A DNA stretch of 64,000 nt from Candidatus Omnitrophota bacterium (GCA_016213925.1 JACQZH010000013.1:14034-78033); one strand, 5' to 3'. Positions 38,189 through 47,721 are shown, numbered from the stretch's first letter. Notes: a model not told the origin generated them from the letters alone. Made by a program: numbers and translations.

Positions 38189-39316
38189 ATGGAAGAAGTA
38201 GATGTGATCATTATCGGAGCCGGAGTGGTGGGCTTGAGCATCGCGGCTCGTGTTGCTGATTGCCGGCGTTCGGTGTTTGTCTTGGAAAAAAACGACTCTT
38301 TCGGCAGGGAAACCAGCAGTAGGAACAGTGAAGTTATCCATGCGGGGATGTATTATGAGCAGGGTTCTCTAAAAGCCAAGATGTGCGTTGAGGGGAACAG
38401 ATTATTGTATCAGATTTGTTCAGAGCATAATATTCCGCATCGTAAGACCGGAAAATTAATTGTTGCCACCCGCAAAGATGAAGAAACTCAATTATTAAAA
38501 TTAGAGCAAAAGGGAAAAGAGAATAATGTCCCTGGATTAAGGATGGTCTCGCAAAAAGAGGTAAATAAAATAGAGCCTAACGTAAAAGCGTTGTCAGCTC
38601 TTTATTCGCCGTTAACCGGGATTATCGATACACATAAATTAATGGAATATTTCATCTATGTTTTAAAAGAAAAAGGAGCGGATATCTCCTACGGTTCTGA
38701 AGTGATAAAAATAAATAAAATTAAAGAAGGATACGAGGTTACGGTAAAGGATTCATCAGGAGATATGTTCAGCTTTTGTAGCAGGGTTGTGATAAATAGC
38801 GCGGGCCTTGATAGCGATAAAATCGCTCAAATGGCGGGGATTGATATAAATAAAGAAAAATACAACTTGAAATATTGCAAAGGGCAGTATTTCAGAGTGG
38901 CGAATTCTCAAAAATGCAAACTTATCAACCGCTTGATATATCCTGTGCCTGAAATGGAAAAAGGGGGGCTGGGAATACATGCAACTATGGATTTGGCCGG
39001 TAGTGTGCGTCTTGGCCCGGATACCGCTTATCTTACAGGCAATATAATAAACTACGATGTTGATCTTAGCCAGAAGAAAAAATTCTTTGATTCTGTGTCG
39101 CAGTTTTTACCGTTTCTGGATGAAAAAGATTTAGTTCCTGATTTAGCCGGGATTAGGCCGAAACTTCAGGGTAAAGGCGAGCCGTTCCGGGATTTTGTTA
39201 TTAAAGAGGAAAGTGAATTAGGATATCCGGGATTGATCAATCTTATCGGTATAGAATCTCCGGGATTAACCGCAGCAGTGTCAATAGCGGATTATGTGAA
39301 AAATTTGTTAAGGTAA
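38189..39316 (+). CDS. FAD-dependent oxidoreductase of the L-2-hydroxyglutarate oxidase (LhgO) family
   Basis: N-terminal DVIIIGAGVVGLSIA. The blocks VIHAGMYYEQGSLKAKMCVEGNR..GKLIVAT parallel E. coli LhgO by memory. Confidence 0.7.
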   Translation: MEEVDVIIIGAGVVGLSIAARVADCRRSVFVLEKNDSFGRETSSRNSEVIHAGMYYEQGSLKAKMCVEGNRLLYQICSEHNIPHRKTGKLIVATRKDEETQLLKLEQKGKENNVPGLRMVSQKEVNKIEPNVKALSALYSPLTGIIDTHKLMEYFIYVLKEKGADISYGSEVIKINKIKEGYEVTVKDSSGDMFSFCSRVVINSAGLDSDKIAQMAGIDINKEKYNLKYCKGQYFRVANSQKCKLINRLIYPVPEMEKGGLGIHATMDLAGSVRLGPDTAYLTGNIINYDVDLSQKKKFFDSVSQFLPFLDEKDLVPDLAGIRPKLQGKGEPFRDFVIKEESELGYPGLINLIGIESPGLTAAVSIADYVKNLLR

Positions 39317-39377
39317 TTTCTAAATCAGAAAAAATATTGATACTCCGATACCAAACATTAGGATGATTCATTCGCGC

Positions 39378-39406
39378 TTGACAATTAGTTAAATATGTAC
39401 TAAAAT
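39378..39406 (+). promoter_or_regulatory. Near-consensus sigma70-type promoter upstream of the AbiE-like pair
   Basis: TTGACA (39378-39383), a 17-nt spacer, then TAAAAT (39401-39406), about 30 nt upstream of ATG 39437. Confidence 0.45.
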
Positions 39407-39436
39407 TTATATATAACTAAACTATAATACATAATT

Positions 39437-40225
39437 ATGAATGACAAAATATCCAATCTTTTACAAATAAGAGAAGTATTTCACCTGGAATTCTTAAGAT
39501 GGTTTGGAAGAAAAATTAAACCGGCGTGGTACGCTCTTAAAGGCGGGGTGAATTTACGTTTTTTCTTTAATAGTTTTCGATATTCGGAAGATATGGATTT
39601 AGATATCCATACTGTAAAAGTAGTGATTTTAGCCGATGTTGTTATGGGAATACTGCAATCCGTATCTTTTCAGGATAGCCTTAGGCCGTTTGGAATCGAA
39701 AAAATAATTCCTCCAAATATTACAAAAGCAAAACAAACGCAGACGACCCAAAGATTTAAAATCCATTTAATTACCCCCGCGAATGAGGATTTTTTTACTA
39801 AAATTGAATTTTTACGCAGGGGATTTAAAGGAGAAGTTGTTGTTCAGACGGTATCAACCCCTATTTTACGTTTATATAAGTCATCGCCATTAGTAGTTCC
39901 TCATTATGACGCGCAATCTGCGATAATTCAAAAAATAGAAGCTCTTTCAACAAGAGTAATGGTGCAAGCAAGGGATATTTTTGACTTATATATGTTAGCT
40001 TCTTACTATAAACCTTTGGAAAAAAAACAGATTAAAATGGATTTGGTTAAATTTAAAAAAGCGTGTGAAAATGTTTTTACGGTTAGTTTTGAGCAGTTTC
40101 GGGATACAGTAATTTCTTATTTGGCGGCGGATGAGCAGGCGGTATACGCCGAGGCTTCCTTATGGGATGAGATAAAACTGAAAGTTTGCGCTTTTATTGA
40201 GGAAATCCGAAAAACTCATGGCTAA
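39437..40225 (+). CDS. AbiEii/DUF1814-family nucleotidyltransferase (type IV toxin-antitoxin toxin-like)
   Basis: N-terminal region LKGGVNLRFFFNSFRYSEDMDLDIH matches the AbiEii signature (KGGTAL..R.SEDxDxD). Confidence 0.6.
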   Translation: MNDKISNLLQIREVFHLEFLRWFGRKIKPAWYALKGGVNLRFFFNSFRYSEDMDLDIHTVKVVILADVVMGILQSVSFQDSLRPFGIEKIIPPNITKAKQTQTTQRFKIHLITPANEDFFTKIEFLRRGFKGEVVVQTVSTPILRLYKSSPLVVPHYDAQSAIIQKIEALSTRVMVQARDIFDLYMLASYYKPLEKKQIKMDLVKFKKACENVFTVSFEQFRDTVISYLAADEQAVYAEASLWDEIKLKVCAFIEEIRKTHG

Positions 40226-40850
40226 ACATTCTATTTTGAAATTTATTAAAGGATTATATCGGCCTGTGTTTACAACACTTGAATTATCCGCTCTTTCCGG
40301 AAAATCTTTATCTGCTACAATTCAGGCGCTTAATTATCTTGAAAAACAGGGAGTGGTTTTTAAGATATACAGGGGAATTTGGTCTGAAGTTACAAATGAA
40401 TCTTTAAGCCCTTATCTAGTGGTCCCTTTTTTGCTTTCAGGGCAGCGCAGCTATGTATCTTTTATTAGCGCGTTGCATATCTATGGAATAATCGAGCAGA
40501 TTCCTCAATCAATTACTCTCGCTTCAAATGTCCATACCAAGATAATTCATACGAAAGCGGCAACTTTTTATGTCCACCGCATAGCGCCTTCTTTTTTTAA
40601 GGGGTTTAGGTGGTATAAGGACGCGGACAGTTTTTTAATCGCCGAGCCGGAAAAAGCGTTAATCGATTGCCTATACTTATCGGCACGCAAAAAAAAGCAA
40701 TTCGGGTATTTTCCTGAATTATATTTTCCTAAGTCGTTTAGTTTTGGGAAGGCTAGGGAATGGGTTGAGAAAATTCCTGATGATAAGATTAGATCTTCGG
40801 TTAAAAAAAAATTAGATAAAGTTTTTCAATTCAAGAATATTCATGTGTAA
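40218..40850 (+). CDS. AbiEi-like antitoxin/transcriptional regulator (winged helix), partner of the upstream AbiEii-like gene
   Basis: N-terminal wHTH-like segment (LSALSGKSLSATIQALNYLEKQGVVFKIYRGIW). It overlaps the toxin stop by 8 nt (ATGGCTAA). The order is toxin first, the reverse of the canonical abiEi-abiEii arrangement. Confidence 0.45.
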   Translation: MAKHSILKFIKGLYRPVFTTLELSALSGKSLSATIQALNYLEKQGVVFKIYRGIWSEVTNESLSPYLVVPFLLSGQRSYVSFISALHIYGIIEQIPQSITLASNVHTKIIHTKAATFYVHRIAPSFFKGFRWYKDADSFLIAEPEKALIDCLYLSARKKKQFGYFPELYFPKSFSFGKAREWVEKIPDDKIRSSVKKKLDKVFQFKNIHV

Positions 40851-40914
40851 AATTCAAGCTTTAATTGCATATAACGTTAATAACTTGAAAGAAAAATAAT
40901 AACGGAGGATAAAG

Positions 40915-41949
40915 GTGCGGATATTAGTTACCGGCGGAGCCGGGTTAGTAGGGTCACATTGCGCGGAATATTTCGCGAAGAAAAAATGCCAGGTGTTTGT
41001 GCTGGATAATTTGATGCGTTCTGAGTTATTTAAGTCAAAAAAGAAAAGCGTTGAATATAACTGGAATTATCTGGAAAGTTTTAAGAACATCAAAAGAATA
41101 AAAGGTGATGTGCGCAATGAAAAAGATGTTTTAAAAGCTATCGGAAGTGGTGTGGATGCGGTTATCCATACTGCCGGCCAGCCCGGGGTGCCTTCATCAG
41201 TGCGTATGCCCAGGGATGATTTTAGTATTAATGCTTTTGGCACGCTTAATGTCCTTGAATGCCTGCGTAAAAAAAGCCCAAAAGCGGCTTTTGTATATTG
41301 TTCCACAAATAAAGTATACGGAGAGAATGTTGATAAAGTTGCGCTTAGAAAATTGAAAACAAGATATGTTTTTAAAGGTATAAGTGGAATTGATGAAACA
41401 ACCCTGACTGATTTAACCGGGCATACACCGTATGGCGTAAGCAAGCTGGCGGGTGATTTATATACGCAGGAATACGCGCATATATACGCTATGAGAACAG
41501 CGGTGTTTAGGATGAGTTGTATTTACGGGGAAAGGCAGTTTGGCTTTGAAGATCAGGGATGGGTAGCCTGGTTTATAATTGCCGCTCTTTTGGGCAGGGA
41601 AATTACCGTGTATGGCGACGGCCGGCAGGTGAGAGATCTTTTATATGCAAAAGATCTTGTAAACGCTTTTGATAGATTTATCACAGGCAAACAGCAGCAT
41701 ATACTGGTAAATATCGGAGGTGGAAATGATAATACGGTTTCCTTGCTGGAATTTCTGTCCAAGCTGGAAAATATTACTGGCCGTAAACCAATAGTAGAAT
41801 TTAGTAATTGGCGGCCTTCGGACCAGAAAGTATATATCAGGAATATAGGTAAAGTTAAAAAGTTTTTATCCTGGAAACCTGAAACCGGAGTTGATGAAGG
41901 ATTAGAGCAATTGGCTAATTGGATAAAGGCTAATAAGGATATATTTTAA
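40915..41949 (+). CDS. NAD-dependent epimerase/dehydratase (extended SDR)
   Basis: Motifs ILVTGGAGLVGSH and a YGVSK catalytic motif. GTG start with a GGAGG RBS. Confidence 0.75.
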   Translation: MRILVTGGAGLVGSHCAEYFAKKKCQVFVLDNLMRSELFKSKKKSVEYNWNYLESFKNIKRIKGDVRNEKDVLKAIGSGVDAVIHTAGQPGVPSSVRMPRDDFSINAFGTLNVLECLRKKSPKAAFVYCSTNKVYGENVDKVALRKLKTRYVFKGISGIDETTLTDLTGHTPYGVSKLAGDLYTQEYAHIYAMRTAVFRMSCIYGERQFGFEDQGWVAWFIIAALLGREITVYGDGRQVRDLLYAKDLVNAFDRFITGKQQHILVNIGGGNDNTVSLLEFLSKLENITGRKPIVEFSNWRPSDQKVYIRNIGKVKKFLSWKPETGVDEGLEQLANWIKANKDIF

Positions 41950-41961
41950 TAAATTAAAATT

Positions 41962-42906
41962 ATGTCGAAGAAAAAAGTAATGATTTTTGGCTGCGGCGGG
42001 ATGTTGGGAAAAGCGGTTTATGAAAAGTTCAAAGAGCGTTATGATGTACTGGCCACTGATATAGATGTAAATGAGACATGGCTTGAGTATTTAGATGTGA
42101 GGGATTTAAATGCAATATTAAAAAGGGTTGCTGATTTTGGCCCTGGTTTATTGATAAATCTTGCCGCATTGACAGACTTGGAATATTGCGAGAAGCATCC
42201 GCAGGAAGCTTGGCTTACTAATGCCTTGGGCCAGGAAAACATTGCTTTAGCCGGGCAAAAATTTGATATAGCTTGTGTATATGTCAGCGCCGCGAGTGTT
42301 TTCGACGGAAAACAGGAGTTTTATAACGATGCCGACAACCCTAAGCCGGTCAATGTATATGGGAAAGGAAAGTATTATGGGGAAGTTGTTACGCAGCAGA
42401 TGCTTAAAAAGTATTTTATTTTTAGAGCCGGATGGATGATGGGCGGCGGAATAAAAAAAGATAAAAAATTTATTAACAAGATATTCAAACAAGTCAGCGC
42501 GGGCGCAAAGGAACTTTTTGTTGTTGAAGATAAGCACGGCACGCCGACATATACGGTTGATTTTGCAAGTTCAATGTATAATATAGTGCAGGGTGATTTC
42601 TATGGTTTATACAACATGGTTTGTACAGGCAGTGCCAGCCGTTATGAGGTGGCAAAAGAATTTATAAAATGTTTAGGGCTGGAAAAAGAGGTCAAAATAA
42701 ATCCGGTAAATTCCGCTTATTTTGAAAAGGAATACTTTGCGCCCAGGCCTAAATCGGAAAAATTAATTAATTTAAAGCTGCAAAAAAGAGGGATGCTTTA
42801 TATGAGAGAATGGAAAGAATGTTTGGCGGAATATGCGCAAGTTTTAAAAAAAGAAAAACTAAAGCACGCATCACACAAAGACGCGGAGCCGCAGAGAAAA
42901 GAATAA
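41962..42906 (+). CDS. RmlD-like sugar-nucleotide reductase/epimerase (SDR, RmlD substrate-binding-domain type)
   Basis: N-terminal VMIFGCGGMLGKAVY. No classical long N-terminal GxxGxxG stretch, which fits the RmlD-type family. Confidence 0.55.
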   Translation: MSKKKVMIFGCGGMLGKAVYEKFKERYDVLATDIDVNETWLEYLDVRDLNAILKRVADFGPGLLINLAALTDLEYCEKHPQEAWLTNALGQENIALAGQKFDIACVYVSAASVFDGKQEFYNDADNPKPVNVYGKGKYYGEVVTQQMLKKYFIFRAGWMMGGGIKKDKKFINKIFKQVSAGAKELFVVEDKHGTPTYTVDFASSMYNIVQGDFYGLYNMVCTGSASRYEVAKEFIKCLGLEKEVKINPVNSAYFEKEYFAPRPKSEKLINLKLQKRGMLYMREWKECLAEYAQVLKKEKLKHASHKDAEPQRKE

Positions 42907-42975
42907 ATAGTAAATAAACGAAGTTTGGCAGAATAGAAAAACATTGTGGGCTTTGAGGCTCTGTGTGAGGTTAAA

Positions 42976-43953
42976 ATGAATGCTGAAAAAGACAAAAAAT
43001 CAATAAGCATAGTTATTCCGACTTATAAATCAGCAGAGAATTTAACTGTTTTGGTTGAACGGTTGAAAGCTGTGCTGGATAAATGCGCGTATAGCTATGA
43101 AATAATTTTTATTGAGGATGCCAGCCCGGATAATTCCCTGGAGATTTTAAAGGATATTGCGCTAAAAGATCCGCGGGTTAAGATAATAAGCTTTTCCCGG
43201 AATTTTGGGCAGCAGATTGCTATTTGCTGCGGTTTGCAGCATTCAGAAGCGGACGCGGTAATTATTATGGATGATGACCTTCAGGATCCTCCGGAGTTTA
43301 TTCCTGAACTAATTAAAAAATGGGAAGAAGGCTATGAGGTTGTTTATGCGGTTAGAAAAGCCCGCAAAGAAGGATATTTGAAGAAAATCGGATACAGGCT
43401 TTATTATTGGATTCTTGCGAATTTAAGCAGTATCAAGATCCCTAAAGACAGCGGAGACTTTGGCCTTATAGATAGAAAAATCGTTGATATAATAAATAAT
43501 ATGCCGGAGCAGGACCGGTTTGTCAGGGGGCTTCGTGCCTGGACAGGATTTAAGCAAATCGGAATAGAATATGAGCGGGCATATAGATATAAGGGGGAGC
43601 CTGCTTATAAATTATTCAAAATATTAAAATTGTCTACAGACGGAATTTTCGCTTTTTCCAATATGCCGCTGCGGATTTCTTCAGCTTTGGGTTTTATTGT
43701 TGCCGGGATTGCTTTTTTAGGGATAGTTTTTACTCTTATACAAAAAATTATAACTTTAATTTTCCCTGACAATGTTATAGCTGTATGGCCGGGGTTTAGC
43801 ACTATTGTGCTGTCAATATTATTTATTGGAGGGGTGCAGTTAATCTGTATCGGGATTTTAGGCGAATATATTGCCAGGATTTATAATGAGGTAAAAAAAA
43901 GGCCGTTATTCTTGATTAAGGAAAAAGTTGGGTTTAAGGAAGAAAAAAAGTAA
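42976..43953 (+). CDS. GT2 polyprenyl-phosphate glycosyltransferase (ArnC/DPM1-like), a paralog of 4824..5753
   Basis: Motifs ISIVIPTYKSAENL, FIEDASPDNS, SRNFGQQ and DDDLQDPPEFIPEL, plus C-terminal transmembrane helices. These parallel the upstream paralog block for block. Confidence 0.8.
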   Translation: MNAEKDKKSISIVIPTYKSAENLTVLVERLKAVLDKCAYSYEIIFIEDASPDNSLEILKDIALKDPRVKIISFSRNFGQQIAICCGLQHSEADAVIIMDDDLQDPPEFIPELIKKWEEGYEVVYAVRKARKEGYLKKIGYRLYYWILANLSSIKIPKDSGDFGLIDRKIVDIINNMPEQDRFVRGLRAWTGFKQIGIEYERAYRYKGEPAYKLFKILKLSTDGIFAFSNMPLRISSALGFIVAGIAFLGIVFTLIQKIITLIFPDNVIAVWPGFSTIVLSILFIGGVQLICIGILGEYIARIYNEVKKRPLFLIKEKVGFKEEKK

Positions 43954-43977
43954 CATCTATTTTTTTAGGAGGAGAAA

Positions 43978-45399
43978 ATGAAAAAAGTTGTTTATTATAT
44001 TATGGCCGGAGGACAAGGAATGCGTCTTTGGCCAATGAGCCGGTCTCATTTTCCCAAGCAGCTGCATTCTTTGCTGGGAGAAGGCTCATTGTTTCAGCAA
44101 TCCGTGCAAAGGCTCATAAAGATTAGCAAGCCTGAAAACATTTTGATTGGTACAAGAGAAGATTTGTACTTTTCTATAAGGGAACAATGGCATAATCTGA
44201 ATTTTAAAACCGAGCCCTGGCTTATATTGGAACCGATGAGCCGCAATACCGCCCCGGCTATCGCATTGGCTGTGTTGGCTGTACGGGAGCGTTTTGGCGA
44301 AGATGTGATTATGGTTACGCTTGCCGCGGATCATGTTATAAAAAATCATAAACTGTTTGAAAAACTTTTAAAGGAAGCGGCCATATTTGCTGAAAAAGGG
44401 GATATCGTTACTTTTGGAGTTGTTCCTTCTTATCCGGAAACAGGATATGGGTATATTAAAACCGGCAGAAATTTAAAAAATAATGTGTTCAGTGTCGCGG
44501 AATTTAAAGAAAAACCGAATTTAAGTGTGGCTACGAAGTATGTAAATAGTAAAAAATATCTTTGGAACAGCGGAATGTTTATATTTGATACTAAAGTTAT
44601 TGCGGATAATTTAAAAGAGTTTGCTGCCGAAGTATGGACGTTGTCGCGGGATGTTTGGAAAAAGAGAATTGAAAAAGATGGGGTAATCAGGTTAAAGAAT
44701 AATTTATTCGAAAAGATTCCTAATATATCGATTGATTATGCGGTGATGGAAAAGGCGAAAAGAAAAACAGTTATTAAGGCTGACTTTAGATGGTGTGATG
44801 TAGGCTGCTGGCGTATGGTGCATGAAATATCGCGAAAAGATAAGCAGGGCAATGTGTTTTCCGGTGATGTGTTTGGATTGGATACAAAGAATACTTTTAT
44901 CAAGTCGGAAAAAAGGTTTGTCGCGGCTGTGGGGCTTGAGGATCTTATAATTATTGATACTGCGGATGCTTTATTGATATCTAAGCGCCAGCGCAGCCAG
45001 GATGTAAAACGCATAGTTGATAAACTAAATACACAGGGCTCTGAACTGACTAAGTTCCATACTACGGTTTACAGGCCGTGGGGTAATTACACTGTATTGG
45101 AAGAAGGCCCTGGATATAAAATTAAACGTGTGGTTGTTAATCCAAAACAAAAGCTTTCATTGCAAAAACATAGGTTCAGGAGCGAACATTGGGTGGTGGT
45201 TTGCGGAAAAGCTTGTATTGTCAGCGATAAAAAATCGATTACTTTAAAGTCAAATGAAAGTATTTTTATCCCTAAAGGCCATAAACACCGGATAATGAAT
45301 CCTTTTAATAAGGAAGTGGTGATTATAGAAGTTCAGACTGGATACCGAATAACCGAAAATGATATTGTCAGGTATGACGATATATATGAGCGCAGTTAG
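43978..45399 (+). CDS. manC: Mannose-1-phosphate guanylyltransferase / mannose-6-phosphate isomerase (type II, cupin C-terminus)
   Basis: N-terminal GGQGMRLWPMSRSHFPKQ. The cupin C-terminus (KPWGNY..EHWVVV) is typical of ManC/XanB/CpsB. Confidence 0.8.
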   Translation: MKKVVYYIMAGGQGMRLWPMSRSHFPKQLHSLLGEGSLFQQSVQRLIKISKPENILIGTREDLYFSIREQWHNLNFKTEPWLILEPMSRNTAPAIALAVLAVRERFGEDVIMVTLAADHVIKNHKLFEKLLKEAAIFAEKGDIVTFGVVPSYPETGYGYIKTGRNLKNNVFSVAEFKEKPNLSVATKYVNSKKYLWNSGMFIFDTKVIADNLKEFAAEVWTLSRDVWKKRIEKDGVIRLKNNLFEKIPNISIDYAVMEKAKRKTVIKADFRWCDVGCWRMVHEISRKDKQGNVFSGDVFGLDTKNTFIKSEKRFVAAVGLEDLIIIDTADALLISKRQRSQDVKRIVDKLNTQGSELTKFHTTVYRPWGNYTVLEEGPGYKIKRVVVNPKQKLSLQKHRFRSEHWVVVCGKACIVSDKKSITLKSNESIFIPKGHKHRIMNPFNKEVVIIEVQTGYRITENDIVRYDDIYERS

Positions 45400-46007
45400 C
45401 TTATTAGCGCATTAGTACATTTGATTATTAGGCAGAAGATGCAAGGATAAATGCGCTAAAATAAAAAAATTGGCAAATGAACGGATTTTAAGGTATAATT
45501 ATTAAGGTAAGGTAAATATCCATAATAGGATAAAAATCATATTACTTTATTTATTTTTTTTTACAGATAACGGCAAACTTTTCCCGAAGGCAGCAACATT
45601 AAAAGATGCGTGTCGGGATACCGAGGTAATGTTAGAAAAACATATTCGGGAGCAAAAGTAAAGGGCTGTGCCCAGGGTTAAATTAATTTAACCCAACAAG
45701 AGGCCTCGAAAAAAATACGAAATCATATAAATTAGGTTCGAGGCAAAACTGTGGGTCTAAAAGAGAGTCTTTTAGAAAACTGGGTTGCCTAAGTAAAGAG
45801 AAACACTGCCGAACTATCATGTAAAAAAAGGATAGTCCGGTTTTTTTATGCTTGCTAAATTATCTTTTCATTGAAAGGAGGTGCCGGATAGTTTTTAAAA
45901 AGTATAAATAGAAAGGGAGGAGGTGGGAAAGAAGAAATAAGTTTAATCTACAGCTAGAGGTATGAGGTATGAGAATAAATTAATATTAAATACGGGGGAA
46001 ATAGTTC

Positions 46008-46036
46008 TTGACATTAAAAAATAGTTTTGATACATA
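46008..46036 (+). promoter_or_regulatory. Candidate promoter for the pilin gene
   Basis: TTGACA (46008-46013), a 17-nt spacer, then TGaTACATA, an extended -10-like element ending at 46036. This is about 45 nt upstream of ATG 46083. Confidence 0.3.
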
Positions 46037-46082
46037 TATAACCAATAGAAGAAATATGAGTTTAAAAATAGGGGAGGAAAAA

Positions 46083-46499
46083 ATGGATAAAAAGGGTTTT
46101 ACGCTTGTTGAACTTTTGATGGTAGTTATCATCATCGGTATACTTGTTACTTTGGCAGTACCAAACTACTATCGTTCTATCGAAAGAGCAAAGGCAGGAA
46201 AAGCGAAAGCAGCTATGGACGCGATTAGAAAAGCAGAGATTCAATATCGCGCTTTTAATGATGAATATATAGACTTAAATGGAGACATGGCTGAATTAGA
46301 ACCGTATGATCTTCCGGCTGATATTGTGGATGATGCTAATGATAGTGATTGGACATATTCTGTCGACGGATCCGGTGAAGATGCTATGCTTATTCATGCT
46401 GAAAGAGATGATGGGCCTAACGCCACAGAAGAATTAACGATGGACCAGGACGGAGTTATGGCTAATCCGGGCGCTATCCCGGAATGGGGAGTTAACTAA
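46083..46499 (+). CDS. Type IV pilin/pseudopilin with an N-terminal prepilin methylation motif
   Basis: MDKKGFTLVELLMVVIIIGIL is a class III signal peptide (G|FTLVE). An AGGGGAGGAAAAA RBS lies upstream. The ORF-track start at 46008 is read-through of the leader. Confidence 0.85.
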   Translation: MDKKGFTLVELLMVVIIIGILVTLAVPNYYRSIERAKAGKAKAAMDAIRKAEIQYRAFNDEYIDLNGDMAELEPYDLPADIVDDANDSDWTYSVDGSGEDAMLIHAERDDGPNATEELTMDQDGVMANPGAIPEWGVN

Positions 46500-46540
46500 T
46501 TTTGTAATTTGATTCACGGAGGAAAAGTAATTGAAGGTTT

Positions 46541-46598
46541 GCCGTTGGTTTATTCTTAGGTTTTATTGAACGCAAGAATGAACCAACGGCATTTTTTT
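46541..46598 (+). terminator. Rho-independent terminator after the pilin gene
   Basis: Perfect 10-bp stem GCCGTTGGTT / AACCAACGGC (46541-46550 and 46581-46590), followed by T7 at 46592-46598. Confidence 0.7.
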
Positions 46599-46635
46599 GA
46601 CATTTTAAAGGTGTTAAATTTATGAGGAGGGAAAT

Positions 46636-47706
46636 ATGCGGATAATCGCCATTGCTAATCAGAAAGGGGGATGCGGCAAAACAACTACGGCAATTAATCT
46701 TAGCGCGTGTCTTTCTAAACTTGGCAGGAATGTATTGCTGATTGATTTGGACCCACAAGGGCACGCTACCTTGGGATTAAATGTGAATCCCAACGATCAG
46801 GATAAAACAATGTACAATGTGTTAACTCCTCTTTTGGAAAAAAGATTACGCCTTGATGAAATTATTATTCCTATTTCTGATGGCCTTGACCTTGCGCCGG
46901 CAAATATTTTATTATCCGCGATCGAACAAGAACTTTCCGGCAAACCGGAACGAGAGGCAAGGCTTTCGCAGGCGATTTCCTTAATGGTTACGGATAAGAC
47001 TTATGAGTTCATTATAATTGATTGTTCCCCAAGCCTAGGGATGTTGACATTCAACGCGTTACGGGCTTGCCGCGAACTTATTTCTCCGGTTGATACGGGG
47101 TTCTTTTCTTTGCATGGGATCGGTAAATTAATTGAAACGGTTAAGCTGATTGAAAAAGAGTTAAGATATAAAATCCCCGTAACAGCTTTGGTTACTATGT
47201 TTGATCAGCGCACAAAGTTTTCACACGAGGTGAAAGAAGAAATTAACAAATATTTTTCAGGAAACGTATTCTCTGCGTCTATCCGTAATAATGTGCGTTT
47301 AAAAGAGGCGTCAAGTTATGGTAAGGCGGTAATTGATTATGATAAGCGCTCGAGCGGCGCGCTGGATTATTCTGCTGTTGCAAAAGAATTAATTTATGGA
47401 ATTGTTAAAAAAGAAGAGCCGGTTAACCCGATAAAATTAAGCAGGGAAATGATCTTTAGCTTTTATGATCCGAATGCTCAAAGCGTGGAAATAGCCGGTG
47501 ACTTTAATAATTGGACAGCAACTCAAGAAAGCAAACTTGAATATTTAAATGATGGTAAATGGAAAAAAGAGTTTAGCCTTGAGCCTGGCCGTTACCGCTA
47601 TAAATTCGTAGTAGACGGTAAATGGGTCGTTGATCCCAATAATCCGAATACAGAGCCGGACAATAGCGGGAATATTAATTCGCTATTAGAAATAAAAAAG
47701 GATTGA
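46636..47706 (+). CDS. ParA/MinD-family P-loop ATPase fused to a C-terminal CBM48/AMPK-beta-like glucan-binding domain
   Basis: Deviant Walker A KGGCGKTT at the N-terminus. The C-terminal ~100 aa (IFSFYDPNAQSVEIAGDFNNW..GRYRYKFVVDGKWVVDPNNPNTEPDNSGNINS) matches the AMPK-beta / CBM48 glycogen-binding signature. A GAGGAGGG RBS precedes it. Confidence 0.75.
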   Translation: MRIIAIANQKGGCGKTTTAINLSACLSKLGRNVLLIDLDPQGHATLGLNVNPNDQDKTMYNVLTPLLEKRLRLDEIIIPISDGLDLAPANILLSAIEQELSGKPEREARLSQAISLMVTDKTYEFIIIDCSPSLGMLTFNALRACRELISPVDTGFFSLHGIGKLIETVKLIEKELRYKIPVTALVTMFDQRTKFSHEVKEEINKYFSGNVFSASIRNNVRLKEASSYGKAVIDYDKRSSGALDYSAVAKELIYGIVKKEEPVNPIKLSREMIFSFYDPNAQSVEIAGDFNNWTATQESKLEYLNDGKWKKEFSLEPGRYRYKFVVDGKWVVDPNNPNTEPDNSGNINSLLEIKKD

Positions 47707-47721
47707 TTTTTGGGTAAATAA

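Noticed and set aside
37747-38241. 164-aa minus-strand ORF, plus the other long minus-strand ORFs (for example 3678..4031, 27463..27873, 51185..51682, 58760..59308)
   Set aside because: All of them lie antisense to confidently assigned + strand genes with strong motifs. Their translations are low-complexity or AT-codon artefacts with no recognisable domain and no RBS. They are treated as spurious.
45731-45746. GGTTCGAGG, a tRNA T-loop-like sequence
   Set aside because: There is no 7-nt TTCGAAT-type loop, no acceptor or anticodon arms and no cloverleaf. It is part of a longer imperfect hairpin instead.
45826-45842. AGGATAGTCCGG resembles the RNase P RNA P4 motif GGAAAGUCCGG
   Set aside because: The partner P4 strand, the other universally conserved RNase P blocks and the expected spacing are absent. 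The match is an isolated chance 11-mer.
46596-46624. Possible promoter for the ParA-CBM48 gene (TTGACA at 46596-46601)
   Set aside because: The -35 hexamer overlaps the T-run of the pilin terminator. No acceptable -10 element (TTATGA or TTTATG) is found at 16-18 nt spacing. It is left unannotated.
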